Positions 1 through 11,676 of a DNA stretch of 64,000 nucleotides are shown here, piece by piece. A program made the position numbers and the translations under genes. The stretch spans positions 28,689,673 through 28,753,672 of the forward strand of contig OZ037766.1 of assembly GCA_964035545.1 (NCBI GenBank). Direction: 5' to 3'. Numbering within the stretch: the first letter of the stretch is position 1; every line of letters starts with the position of its first letter. The notes beneath the pieces were generated by a model that had not been told where the DNA came from, ran no database searches, and worked only from the letters and a program-made list of their open reading frames with translations. The stretch is from Bugula neritina. Its lineage: Eukaryota > Animalia > Bryozoa.

Positions 1-3000
1 GTTTGACGAGCCGATGGACTTTGTGTCTTCGTTACCCAAGTCTTCGAAGGCAATATCATCCGGTGGAACAAATCCAGACTTAAAACGGTCTATCACTCTC
101 CTGGAGTCCTAGAACAGAGGAGGGGAGCTAGATAGTCGTGTCACCATCAGGTGTCAATGCATGTATGTATGTATGTATTACGAAGGAATGAATATCGAGA
201 CGCCACATAATTTTAGTGAAACAAATCAAGCCAGAAACTGAAACAGTTCTAGAACTCTGTTTTTACGAACTCTACAAAGCCATTTGGACATCTGCCCTAC
301 ACCAGGGACACGTCACGAATACTCTACACAAGTAACGGATACTCTACACACTCACCTCTCCGTGGTCTACCTTCTCACTCGACTGACTGATTAGATCGAG
401 GCAAGTGTTTATTATAGGCTGTATCCCCCTTTCCACATCAGACATCTGTTTTATAGACTCTCTTATTTTTATTATTCTTTTTTCATCAAGTTCCTGCATC
501 GACTGTACAAAACAATTTTAAACAATATTTCAAGAAGTGGATGGAGGTTGCAGGTGTGTAGATGTCTTACACTGTAGCATTTACTACATGATAATCACCA
601 CTCAACCTGGTAGGCTACTATGTTCTACTTCTAGTACTTGGGTGTCCGCAACATCTGGTCTTCCCCTCTCTCCCCCCACTAATACCCCCTCTGTCTCCCT
701 GTCTCTCACCCCACTAATACCCCCTCTGTCTCCCTCCACTACCCCCTCTTTCCCCTACCCTCCTCTCTCCTACCCCCTCCTCTCTCCTACCCCTCCCACT
801 AAACCTCTCTCCAACCCCCCCTCTCTCCTACCCCCTCCCATTAACCCTCCTTTCTCCCACCCCCTCCCACTAACCCTCCTCTCTCTGACCCCCTCCCACT
901 AACCTCCTCTCTCCTACCCCCACCCTCTCTTCTAGCCCCCCCCCACTAACCCCCTTTCTCCTACCCCCTCCCACTAACCCTCTCTTTCTCCTACCCTGCT
1001 TTCACTGACCTGGAAGACCTGTGGTAGGAGTTTGTTGTAATAATCTCTCTGGTGATTGTTGGTCTGCTCAAGGACCAGGGCGTAGCTAGATTTGCATTCG
1101 CTGCAGGCCTGTGCTTTCTGGTGCATCATGTTTTTCGTTTTCTCGACTTCAGCTCGAGACAGATTGAGGTTGGCATCAGCATTTCTGAACGTCTCTTCAG
1201 CCCGAACCTGTTCCTGGAACGCCCTTTCGTATCTCCTTTTAGCCTACGACATTGCAACATACAATGATGCAAACTAGAGCACCAACATCTAGTTAGACTT
1301 GCCTAATTAGAGAAAGTCATCATTAAAATGGTGGTTTTGATAAAATATAACTTGTCAAGGGTGAATGAATATGATTAGAGGGACTCTGTGCCAGGACAGC
1401 CATTGTTTGATAACATATCATAAAATATACTGATTTCGCAGTCATCGGCTATTATCACCCTTTGCTATCACAGATGGGGCTGCATTGTAGGTATATGGTT
1501 GAAAGTGTATAGCAAATACAATCTGCAGCATGTTAATCCATAGGAGCCCAGTGAGATATTTCCACCTGACGCAACAATACTACACATTTGAACTAATGGA
1601 GGCCCCATGACGTCATGCAGCTGATAAGCTAACTGATATAGTTTATAGTTGGCATATATTTACATGTGACTCACCCCAACCCACCCTGTTACCCTTCACT
1701 GTATTTCAGTAACGCAATGTTTGCTAACTACATGAATAAGGCTATCAATGCACTAAATGAGTCATGCGTGCAACGAGTTGATTATCTAATTGCTCAAGGC
1801 AATCAATAACTGTTATAGTAATTTGTGAATACTATTATATGCTGTGTATGTACATATTATATGCTATGCACTGTTATATGCCATATACTATTATATGCTA
1901 TATACTATTATATGCTAAATACTATATTATATGATATATACTATGATATATGCTAGTAACAACTCGCCTAGGAAATTTGCTTGCTAGGAGTCATCTTTTC
2001 ATTGGCCGATCATCTAGTAAACTATTATGTAAACTTACTTTTATGTTGCAATTATTGAGTGAAAACTATCAACCAATCACTAGGCTAAATTGTAATCAAA
2101 ATTCTAATCACAACACTCATTATTATTCAAAACACTATGAAATGGCAAAGTGACAGAAATTACTCCCAAGTGGCAGTTTATAAAAACCTAAAAATAGGGA
2201 GCATTAGTCACTGAAACAGTTGGAACTCATTATTTTCAGGTAAGTTTAAAAACTTCAAAAGATTTCTGTCAGGTGGTGAGTCAGCCTGATGGAACGCACA
2301 GCTTACGGCAACTGCAGCAAATAGCTATCTCTGTAACTCACGAACTAGCTAATGAAGAATGGTAACAGTAATAGTCAAGGTAGTAGTCCTAGTGATAATC
2401 AGAGTATTAGTAGTAGTAGTAGTAGTAGTAGTTTTAAGTAGCAACTAACCTGTTCTAAAGTCCGCAGCTGAGTTTGAAGTTGGTTCTCCAGTCGTTTTGA
2501 CTCTTCTATGTGTTTTTTTCTTTCAATTTTCAACTCAGTCATGAGTTTTGCCATTTCCTAAACAAAACACAGCAACATGTAGAGTGGCTCTACTTGAGTA
2601 GATAGTTACTAGCAATAAGGAAGGCTGTCAGGCAGCAGCTGACGCTCATCTGCCTGCTCAGTGAACTGCGGCAGCATAGAGTAAGCTAACACAATATACT
2701 CTAACTAAAAGAGGACAGATAACTCCTGTATGGCGGGTAAAAAATAAGAGGCTGGAGCTATGTTGTGCAAAAAATTCAGCACTGTTTTATAATTCATCGT
2801 TAATTCAAAGTAGGCTACAGATTAATACAAAGTAATGTATAGATAGAGTAGTTGATGTAAATAGAATAATACAAAGTAGTGTATAGATGGAGTAGTTAGT
2901 GTAGGTAGAATAATACAAAGTAGCGTATAGATAGAGTAGTTAGTGTAGATAGAATAATACAAAGTAGTATATAGATGGAGTAGTTGATGTGGAGAGATGA

Positions 3001-6000
3001 ACACTAACTTCTAGAATTTTCTGTTTGAGCTGTTCAACGAGAAGCTCATGCTGCCCTGCTATGTCAGCCACTTCTTTCAGAGAGTCATTGAATGATTTAA
3101 CAACTGTAAACCTGTAACATACAAGGAGATATTACTGAGCATACTGGAATACTGCAGGATACAAAGAGAGGAGATCCACAGCTAACTGAGCATACTGGAA
3201 TACTGCAGGATACAAAGAGGAGATCCACAGCAAACTGAGCATACTGGAATACTGCAGGATACAAAGAGGAGATCTACAGCTAACTGAGCATACTGGAATA
3301 CTGCAGGATACAAAGAGAGGAGATCCACAGCTAACTGAGCATACTGGAATGCTGCAGGATACAAAGAGAGGAGATCCACAGCTAACTGATCATACTGGAA
3401 TACTGCAGGATATAAAGAGGAGATCGACAGCTAACTGAGCATACTGGAATACTGCAGGATACAAAGAGGAGATCGACAGCTAACTGATCATACTGGAATA
3501 CTGCAGGATACAAAGAGAGGAGATCCACAGCTAACTGAGCATACTGGAATGCTGCGTATGTATGCTTAATGGAGTAAACAGATGGTATTGAGTCAGTACA
3601 ATAACCCAGGATATGTTAGAGGAATATTCTGGTGGTACGAACTGCTGTTGTAGCCTGTAGGAACTGAATATAAACATAGCAGTGAGACGCCACACTGACC
3701 AACACCAGTGAGAACAAAGACTGGGAGAGACAATAGCAAACCTACATTACAAATATGAAATGAATGGGAGATTGGTTTGAGGATTAGAACTGGTCCAGTT
3801 GGTAACTAAACCCCCTAGAGATGTTACCAGGAGACTAATTCAATGTTTTAGGTTGCCATCCAACTCATTCCTTGGCTACCTGAGTAACCTACCAGAATGA
3901 GTGATTAGTAGTCTAACTAGTAATTACTCTACCAGTTAGTAGTCCAACTAGTAATTACTCTACCAGTTAGTAGTCTAACTAGTAACTACTCTACCAGTTA
4001 GTACTATAGAGTATAGCACATGTACTATAGAGTATAGTATAGCATAGTATAGCATCTAGCATTGTAGCATAGTGTAGCTGTAGTATAACATAATATAGTA
4101 TTGTATCACAGCATATTCAGTGACACAGCACACAACAGTACTGTTGCGTAATGAGATAAAGTTGGTGGCACAACAACCAGACAGATAACCATTTGATTCA
4201 TCTCTTCTCTGTACTGTGTGTGTACTGTGTACAGAGTACCACTACACAGTATACAGAATACGACTATACAGAATACAGAGTACGACTATACAGTATACAG
4301 AGTACGACTATACAGTATACAAAGTACGACTATACAGCATAGAGAGTACGACTATACAGTATACAGAGTATGAATATACAGTATACAGAGTACGACTATA
4401 CAGTATACAGAGTACAACTATACAGTATTGGTATGTGTAAAGCCTAACAAGATGCTGAAAATGTGAGCCTTGATATAAAACCAGGCAGCAACAGGCAGCA
4501 AATAGTTTTTGAACTGAGTTTTCAGGAGTTTCAACAAAAATGAGATGACTGAAATGAAGCAAGTTTTCGCAATATTGATTTGCACATGTGCGACACTGAC
4601 ATAGGCTGGACACACGGACACCATCTCTGAGGTAGTGTAGAAGAATGATGCCTTCAATACTTGAAATCAATATGATTAGTGATTCAACTCAAAAGTGCCA
4701 AGCTACTCTTTACAACTCATTCAACACTAGAAATGTAACAGGAACTTTTACTAACTTTGAATTACTAGGAAATAGAACAGTAGAAAAGGCAATGAAAAGA
4801 AACTGAAACATTGAAAGTAAAGAAACAGTGCTTAGGCAAGAGCCAAAACACTAAACAGTATCCTATGCAAATTTCAAGGACTTAAAACAGTTTAACTGTA
4901 AGGAAGGCTCTTGACTTATATGAAAGTTGGCAGTTTATATGTTGTTAATTTCTTATATTGCATAAGAGTTTAGCATTCAGGGCTGATCATAGAAGGAAGT
5001 GTTGAAACTGCTCATGCGAAAATTTTAAGAAGCAAAAAACCCATACTTTGTGCCAACAGCATAATTTAAGATGAACGAAATCAGTAAGTTTAGCCTATGG
5101 AGGTCAACATTGGGAGGGGGGCCGGTTATAAGAAAGAGCACTAGTATTATACAAGAATATGGGCTACAGAGACATTCTGAGAGGCAACAACTATTACTTG
5201 TATGGCCGGACGTTTAATTAAGAAACTTACGGACTTTCTTCTTCCTTTTTCTTTGGTAAATAACTCTTAGTGAGTCGCCTGAATAATGAAAAGGAAGTAA
5301 ATTTGTACACACAAGTCATTACGTCTGCCACAGCTTTACGAAACACATATCCTATAGGTACCAACTAGCAAAGTTGCTACACTCACATTGACTATTCATG
5401 TCTGCGTGATTAATAACTAAATATTTCCTATTGTGTTATATTAGATCAGCTATGCCAATTACGCATGTGTAATTCAACTTCAACGTAGAATAAATTTGTG
5501 TAAGGCATGACCACAAACCTCAGTGCATTGGCATAGTCGGCCTCTATCTTCGCTCTGTCCTTTATAAAATGAGTGTATCTTTCACAAAACTCAATGCCCT
5601 TTTGTGTATGGTCTGTCACCTTATCGAACTGATCCTACAATAGTCAAATATGAAGAGATACAGAACTAGTAGCAGTAGCCATACTCTGGGTTAGTAGGGA
5701 TTAGGAGGGAGCTGACCAAAAGTTGACTCAGTGTGTGAAAGATTCACTGACACACTGCAAAGTTTAGCAACTCTTTGTGAAGTCAACAAAACATAAACAA
5801 AGCCATGAAAAGTTCAGTCAAAGAATACAAAAACAAGACATTTCTCTGTTGTAATTTGAATGAATAGTTTTTTATCTAGGGCCAATAAAAATAATTGCCT
5901 GCATCAATAGAAGAGCCTGTGGATGTTACAACATGAGCTCCTGTTCTAAACCTTCAACCTAACAAAGAGTTAATAGTCATTATATCTGCAATAAACATAT

Positions 6001-9000
6001 AGCCATTACTAACCACCAATCTGCTGGTAAAAATACCAAGTCAGGAGGAATTCTAGATTAACTACTGAGTTAGAATATGGAATCGGAAACTGAATTCCAC
6101 CAAGTCCTTTGGTGATGGGGAAGATGGAAACATAAACTGACCAAGTGGTGCTGTTGGCCAGCGTTACAGAGTATTTGAAAACTTGACCGAAATTATAATT
6201 TTTCTGGGCCTGCCATTGTTTAGTTAAATAAAAGTAATTAAAAAGCAGCTTATCTTATAGTGCATAATTCAAATGAAATCTGTTCAAATGATTCACTACT
6301 GCATTGCTATTCTTGTCTGAGGTGACCTGACATGGAACCTAGTACAGCTGCCAACAGAGATCAGCTTGTGAAGTGGTTTGTGGTGTTAGAGCTGGTTCAA
6401 CTAATGACAGATCTACTAATACACACACTGACAACCCTCATTGCCCTTCTACTGATAACCAGCCAACTGCAGAAACTACCATCGCAATGTGTAAAGCATT
6501 TGGTTGTGCTCAACTGCCCAAAGCGTTCAGCTGATAAATGAATTATATTCCAATCAGTGGAACAATTTTCGAAATCTGTGGGTTAGATACTGGAGATAAG
6601 ATAACTAGTTACTAACCACTCTCTAATGTCATAACCTTGAGTCAAAGTGAGCCAGAAACATCCACAATACCAGACTGGACACTGAGTGTATATAAGCAGT
6701 CATAATTCTGGTAGATTCTATAACTAGCTCTGAGAAATACTTTTAGAAATACTGTACTTCTGTACTATTATTCTGTACTAGAAACACCTGTGCTTTGATG
6801 ATTTGCAGGGTTTATACGAAACCGCTCATTTTAAACTAAAACTGAGACCAAGTAATTTGAGTTCAAAATCTAAACATTTACAATCTAGTGACACCTCTAG
6901 CTAACACCAACATCATTAAACAGATACTAACATAGCTAAGCCCACTGATTATTTTGACTCAAAACTTGTAAACTTCATGAAAAGAGTAAGGCAATCATCA
7001 TCAGTGGCAGCATGATGACTTGCTACAAGAAAAACAAACTCTAGTATTCACTTTCCTTCACGGCACATGATTGTACAAGATCTGGTCTGAGCCTGTGATC
7101 AATGTGAGAGGCAGCAACCTGAGATAAACGAAGGCAGCGTTGGCTTTTGTGCATTAGCTAGCAGAATTTTATCATGGTACCAAAAGTATACGAGTAGGAT
7201 CAATAATACTATAGATAGTAACATCCACTAACTGGCTAATGACTAACGCATGGAGGTATGATCATTAGTGTTATTAGAAACTGTGTAATCAAGACCTCGC
7301 TGATAAAATCAGAAATAGAAGCTCGGATAATAGAGGCAATTACTTTCCCACAGTTACTAAACTGAAAACTCAACTTACTACACTGGTCAATTCTATCCAA
7401 TGGAAACTGATACAAATTACTGTATTAACCTGAAGATGCGTTAGTTGTTAGTCGCAATGACCTCTAGTGTTTTGGCTATTAGAATGCTATGATAGCAGGT
7501 TTGAAGTGGCAAAAAAAACTGAGTTTTTCAACTTGAAGTTCTGCCAGCTGTGTAAAAGTTGGTAACATTCAACAGAATCCCTATTCCCCTTAAGCGAACA
7601 TACAGGTTACTCCAGCTGTAACTACTAATATTCTAGAGATGAACATATGAACTGTTGAGCATACCTCCGGCTATAGATGACCTAAATGCACATGTACACA
7701 TGTCAATGTATGCAAGAACAATTTCCAGCATTTGGCTAAAGCTTATGATCTTTTGGAAGCAAATGATTTATGCATGTATCAATTTGCTGGTACTTATGCT
7801 TAATTGTGTCATCTTTGGACAAGTCATAGCTGAACTGTAGCAACGCCAAAGTTCTAATTCTTCGAATCTGTCTTTTACTAATAAAAGCAAAACTTAACTA
7901 AATTAATATTGAATTAGCAGCAATAAAGACTGTTTTTATTGCTGACACTGAAGATCAATAGCTTTTAACAGATGAACATCTGAATGGATTGCCAATCACA
8001 AGCATGTTTATCAGTTTACTCATGAATCATAACTATGAAATGATTGCAAGCTTAGTTTACATAAAATCAATGGCAATTTTGCTCAATGCTTTGTGTTAAT
8101 TATGAAATAGTAGTAAAGCCTGCTAGTAGGCTATGCTATTTTGAAGTGGTAATGTTATAATTATGGAGCCGTATATGTGAAGTAGATGTTAAAGCACAAG
8201 TTCTTGAAAGTTAGTAGTGACCTGCTATAGTAAAGGTTATTACAAAGAAATAAGAAGGAACAAATAGCAACTCACAAAACCAAGTCAGTGACACTTAATA
8301 TTATGACAATTGCCACCTGAGGTGTGTAGATTTTATCAAAGAGTTGTCTTTCAACTAATATTTGCAGTAGATAATCTTGTAACAATGGCACTAGCAAAAT
8401 GGAGAGAGGCACAAGGAAGCCCTACATAATTTAGCTGCAGAGAAGTAAAATAAAGATGAGCATAAGAATAACACCTATATAGCAGACTAGTGGGTAGTAG
8501 CAACACAACCTTCGTCTCAACAAAGAGTACTGCTATCACTGGCACAGAATATCTGAAAAAGCAGAAGTGGAACCAAACTGAAATGTCCTGACAGTAGTAA
8601 GTAGAAGTTGAAGTGGGGAAGCCAGGGTCTGCAAAATCTTGCAACTATAATGACATAGACTCTGGAACAGTGGTGCTTAGACTGTGGTGAGGTACAGGAT
8701 AGCAGAGCTACCACAATCATTCAGGTCAATCAGAGAACAACTTTCTAATCACTAGCCAAGAGATACAGCGGATTCTAAGTGGTGGATTCTAAGTGGTTTT
8801 TACGTTGTTGATGATAGAGTTTTTTCATCAGCTGACTGAAGGAGACATACAAACCAAATGTGGTCGCACACCAACTACCTAGTGACCAAAGTCCATCAAC
8901 TAGTTACTAGAGCTAACTTATTAAAGATAACGAATGGAGCTTGAAATAAAGAACTGTTGAAACATATTGACACTCAGTCTTTTCAACATGGCCTAATAGT

Positions 9001-11144
9001 TCAATACAGTCTAAACTTTAATAGGTCAATATGTTCTAATAGTTCGACATAGGCTAGTAGTTCAACATGGTATAACTCAACAACAAATCCACTTAGTAGT
9101 TGGTGTAATAAACTGATGCCAAGAGCTGCCTCAGCGAAGAGTCTAAAGAGAAAACAAGGGAGATGAGAGAGAATCCCTCTCAATTGGTCATCTGTTATCT
9201 ACAATAGGCAGACCTCCAACTTAGTAATAAGAGACAGGAAACCACCACTGGCAGGGAATGCAAAGATTCTATCACCTAGCTGCTAACTCTAGTTGCCAGG
9301 CCTTCTTGAAGCCAATAAAGACACACGTTAGCTCATGAGAGAATAACCAAACCTGTTTTATTACCACCATCCATTATCTAGATGAGTGAAATGAGCAGAA
9401 ATAAACCCAAGACACTGAGTTCCTTATTACCATCAACAGAAAAACAGCAAACCACCAGTTCAAGTGTACAAATTATTTGTTATAACTTATACATATTTTG
9501 AGCATTAGCAAATATAATCTAATTACCTACACCTATAAATTTATTGTGGAATGATAAAATTTTATGTTAAACCTTTGAATGAATTGGTTAGATTAAAAAA
9601 ACATAGCCAAACTTTTACCTAACCCAATATCAATATTAGCTGGTAAGTACTAAGTACTGCTTTATCCTATATAATCATAATATTTTTTCAATATCTATTT
9701 AAACTATGTCAACTTTGCATTATACAACTGCACAAGTTACTTACACTTACTTGTAGATTCACATTAACATGTAACTATTTAGCAAGAGTGAGTGTAATTT
9801 TAGGTAAAAAAATTATATCAAACCAGGAGCCATTATAATTTATAGCTACTATAACATACAATATATTTTAATTATATAATTGCTATTGGAGATTGACATT
9901 CTCATTCATAAAATAAAGTTGAAACATTTGAATTAGCATCAATTTTCATATCAAGACTATATTATTTCAGTGCTGCATAGTTTTAAACTAATTATAACAT
10001 GTATCAGGAAATATTATGGCGAAAGTATTTGTCTGTCTATCCCAGCTGCAAAAAAAGAATTTAGTAGGAACATTGAAAATATAGGAAATATTATTATATA
10101 TAATATTACATTTTACAACAATATAAATTTAAATTTAAAATATAAATACCAAAATGCTGATGGTGAGTGAATATGAACATTAAAAGAAAAACAACTTAAT
10201 AATGCTCAGGCTTCATAGTGATAGTGATATTAAAAGTCATAGTGATAGTGATACTGATAGTCATAGTAATAGTAATAGTCATAATGATACTGATAGTGAT
10301 AGTGATGGTGATACTGAAAGTCATGCTATAAAAATAATAGAGAAGATGAAAATCTGAAATTACTAATACTATAACAATGTGTATAAATTCAATTTGTTGA
10401 CGAGACTATCAAATATCATATATTAGTATCACTAACACTATCAGTGTCACTATTACTATACCACTGAACCTACAGCAGAAAATAAATGTTCCACTTACAT
10501 TGACTCAATGTAACATTGACATATCTCTTCAATCTTAGAGATGGAGACTCAATGATTGAACAATTGAGTCTTGAACTCTAACTCTAAGATTAAAAATGAA
10601 ATTTGCAGTAGTTTAGGGGCCTCGAGTTTGGATTTGGAGGTTCACAGTTCCAATTTAAACCCCTAACTCCAAGCTCGAGAACCCTAAACCTCTGCACTCA
10701 GTCACCCCAAACTAGGGGCTGCTTAACTAATTAGTAACTTTCACATGGAATTGTCAGTTGGGTTGTCATTATGATTATGACTAATAATAAAAATTATGAT
10801 TAATATTATCATTTAATTTTATTGATAATTTAATTTATTATAATTATATTTATTAGTCTACTAGGTCTAGTACTACTTATACTACTACTAGTACTACTAC
10901 TATAGCTATTATTATTATTGTTTTACCAAAACAACATAGGCATTGAAGTTCCTTCTACTTTTCATCTTAGTATTAATATTATAACTAGTATTAAAATTTA
11001 CATCTTGATCTTACAATCTCAGTTTGAGTTACTGAAATCATAAGTTGAAGAGAAACACCTTCAACTTTTACTCAGTTTTAGTTTTAGGTCGTAATCCAAA
11101 ATCCTTCCAAATACACTTACCCATAATTCAGTACCCCAATTCAT
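1..11144 (-). CDS. FNBP1L: Formin-binding protein 1-like / CIP4 / Toca-1 family F-BAR protein, 5' part (continues past the left edge)
   Basis: Exons 11121-11144, 5519-5634, 5231-5278, 3009-3111, 2450-2557, 1010-1243, 356-502, <1-108, all GT-AG with compatible phases. Spliced protein [53 protein letters not shown]...DIAGQHELLVE...ADANLNLSRAEVEK...MQELDEKRI...DSRRVIDRFKSGFVPPDDIAFED matches the FNBP1/CIP4 F-BAR signature ([11 protein letters not shown]..., AGQHE, KSGFxPPxDxxFED). Confidence 0.93.
660..1000. repeat. C/T-rich degenerate minisatellite (ccctcccactaaccctcctctctccta-like)
   Basis: Repeated CCCACTAA and CTCTCCTACCCC units in an FNBP1L intron. The transcribed strand is G-rich. Confidence 0.85.
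1830..1953. repeat. ~15 bp degenerate tandem repeat (tatactattatatgc)
   Basis: Several adjacent copies seen directly. Confidence 0.7.
2822..2990. repeat. ~44 bp tandem repeat (aatacaaagtagtgtatagatggagtagttagtgtagataga-like), ~4 copies
   Basis: Direct repeats adjoining the donor of exon 3009-3111. Confidence 0.85.
3120..3555. repeat. 49-51 bp minisatellite, ~8.5 copies
   Basis: Unit ctaactgagcatactggaatactgcaggatacaaaga(ga)ggagatccacag, near-identical copies. Confidence 0.95.
3905..4003. repeat. 31 bp tandem repeat, ~3 copies
   Basis: Unit ttagtagtctaactagtaattactctaccag. Confidence 0.85.
4230..4427. repeat. 22 bp minisatellite (tacagagtacgactatacagta), ~9 copies
   Basis: Direct tandem copies. 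Confidence 0.9.
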
Positions 11145-11383
11145 AATCAAATTCTGTGTGCCGAGAAATTATCAAGCAACTTTGCAAGCTATAAATAATC
11201 GCAAAAGTAATAGTAGTTGTTATGTGAAGGCTATTAGTACAACAGTACAAAAGTGAGGTCGGTACGAAGTGTCGAGAAAGTGGGACAGCTCTTTACAGTT
11301 TCCTATTTGAATGCTTTCTGCGGAAATAACTCTGCGAGAGTTTTTGAGTTATTACGAATCGAGCTGTCGATTGGCCAAAACTA

Positions 11384-11397
11384 GTTGCTAGAGCAAC
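11384..11397. promoter_or_regulatory. RFX X-box in the FNBP1L/AKAP14 bidirectional promoter
   Basis: GTTGCTAGAGCAAC, a near-palindromic match to the X-box consensus GTTGCCATGGCAAC. Flanked by ATTGG (11370-11374) and CCAAT (11411-11415), 280 bp upstream of a ciliary gene ATG. Confidence 0.65.
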
Positions 11398-11676
11398 GGT
11401 GCAAATTGTACCAATCAATGAACGAAGTTATTTAATGCCTTCGAAAATGAACAAATGTGTTACATTCACATTGATATTTTACTGAATTTTCAGTTTTAAC
11501 ATCATATTAGTTTTCTTCAATTTTTGTCAGCTTCAATTTTGTAAATTTACGCTTTCAGAATCTGTAAATATAAATTACTACTCCTAGTGAGAAAGAAATA
11601 CAAGCTCTTAAGTAGACGCTCACACTCTCACTGACTCTGACTTTTCTCTATCAAAGTCAATTTGAGTGAATTTGCA

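Noticed and set aside
537-902. Pro/Leu/Ser-rich 121-aa ORF
   Set aside because: Translation of a C/T-rich intronic repeat, antisense to FNBP1L.
3120-3555. CRISPR-like regular array (also 37926-38484)
   Set aside because: Units are contiguous near-identical tandem copies without unique spacers, in introns of a eukaryotic gene, with no cas genes.
8351-9183. Short ORFs in FNBP1L intron 1 as a nested gene
   Set aside because: No recognisable motif and no consistent splice chain found.
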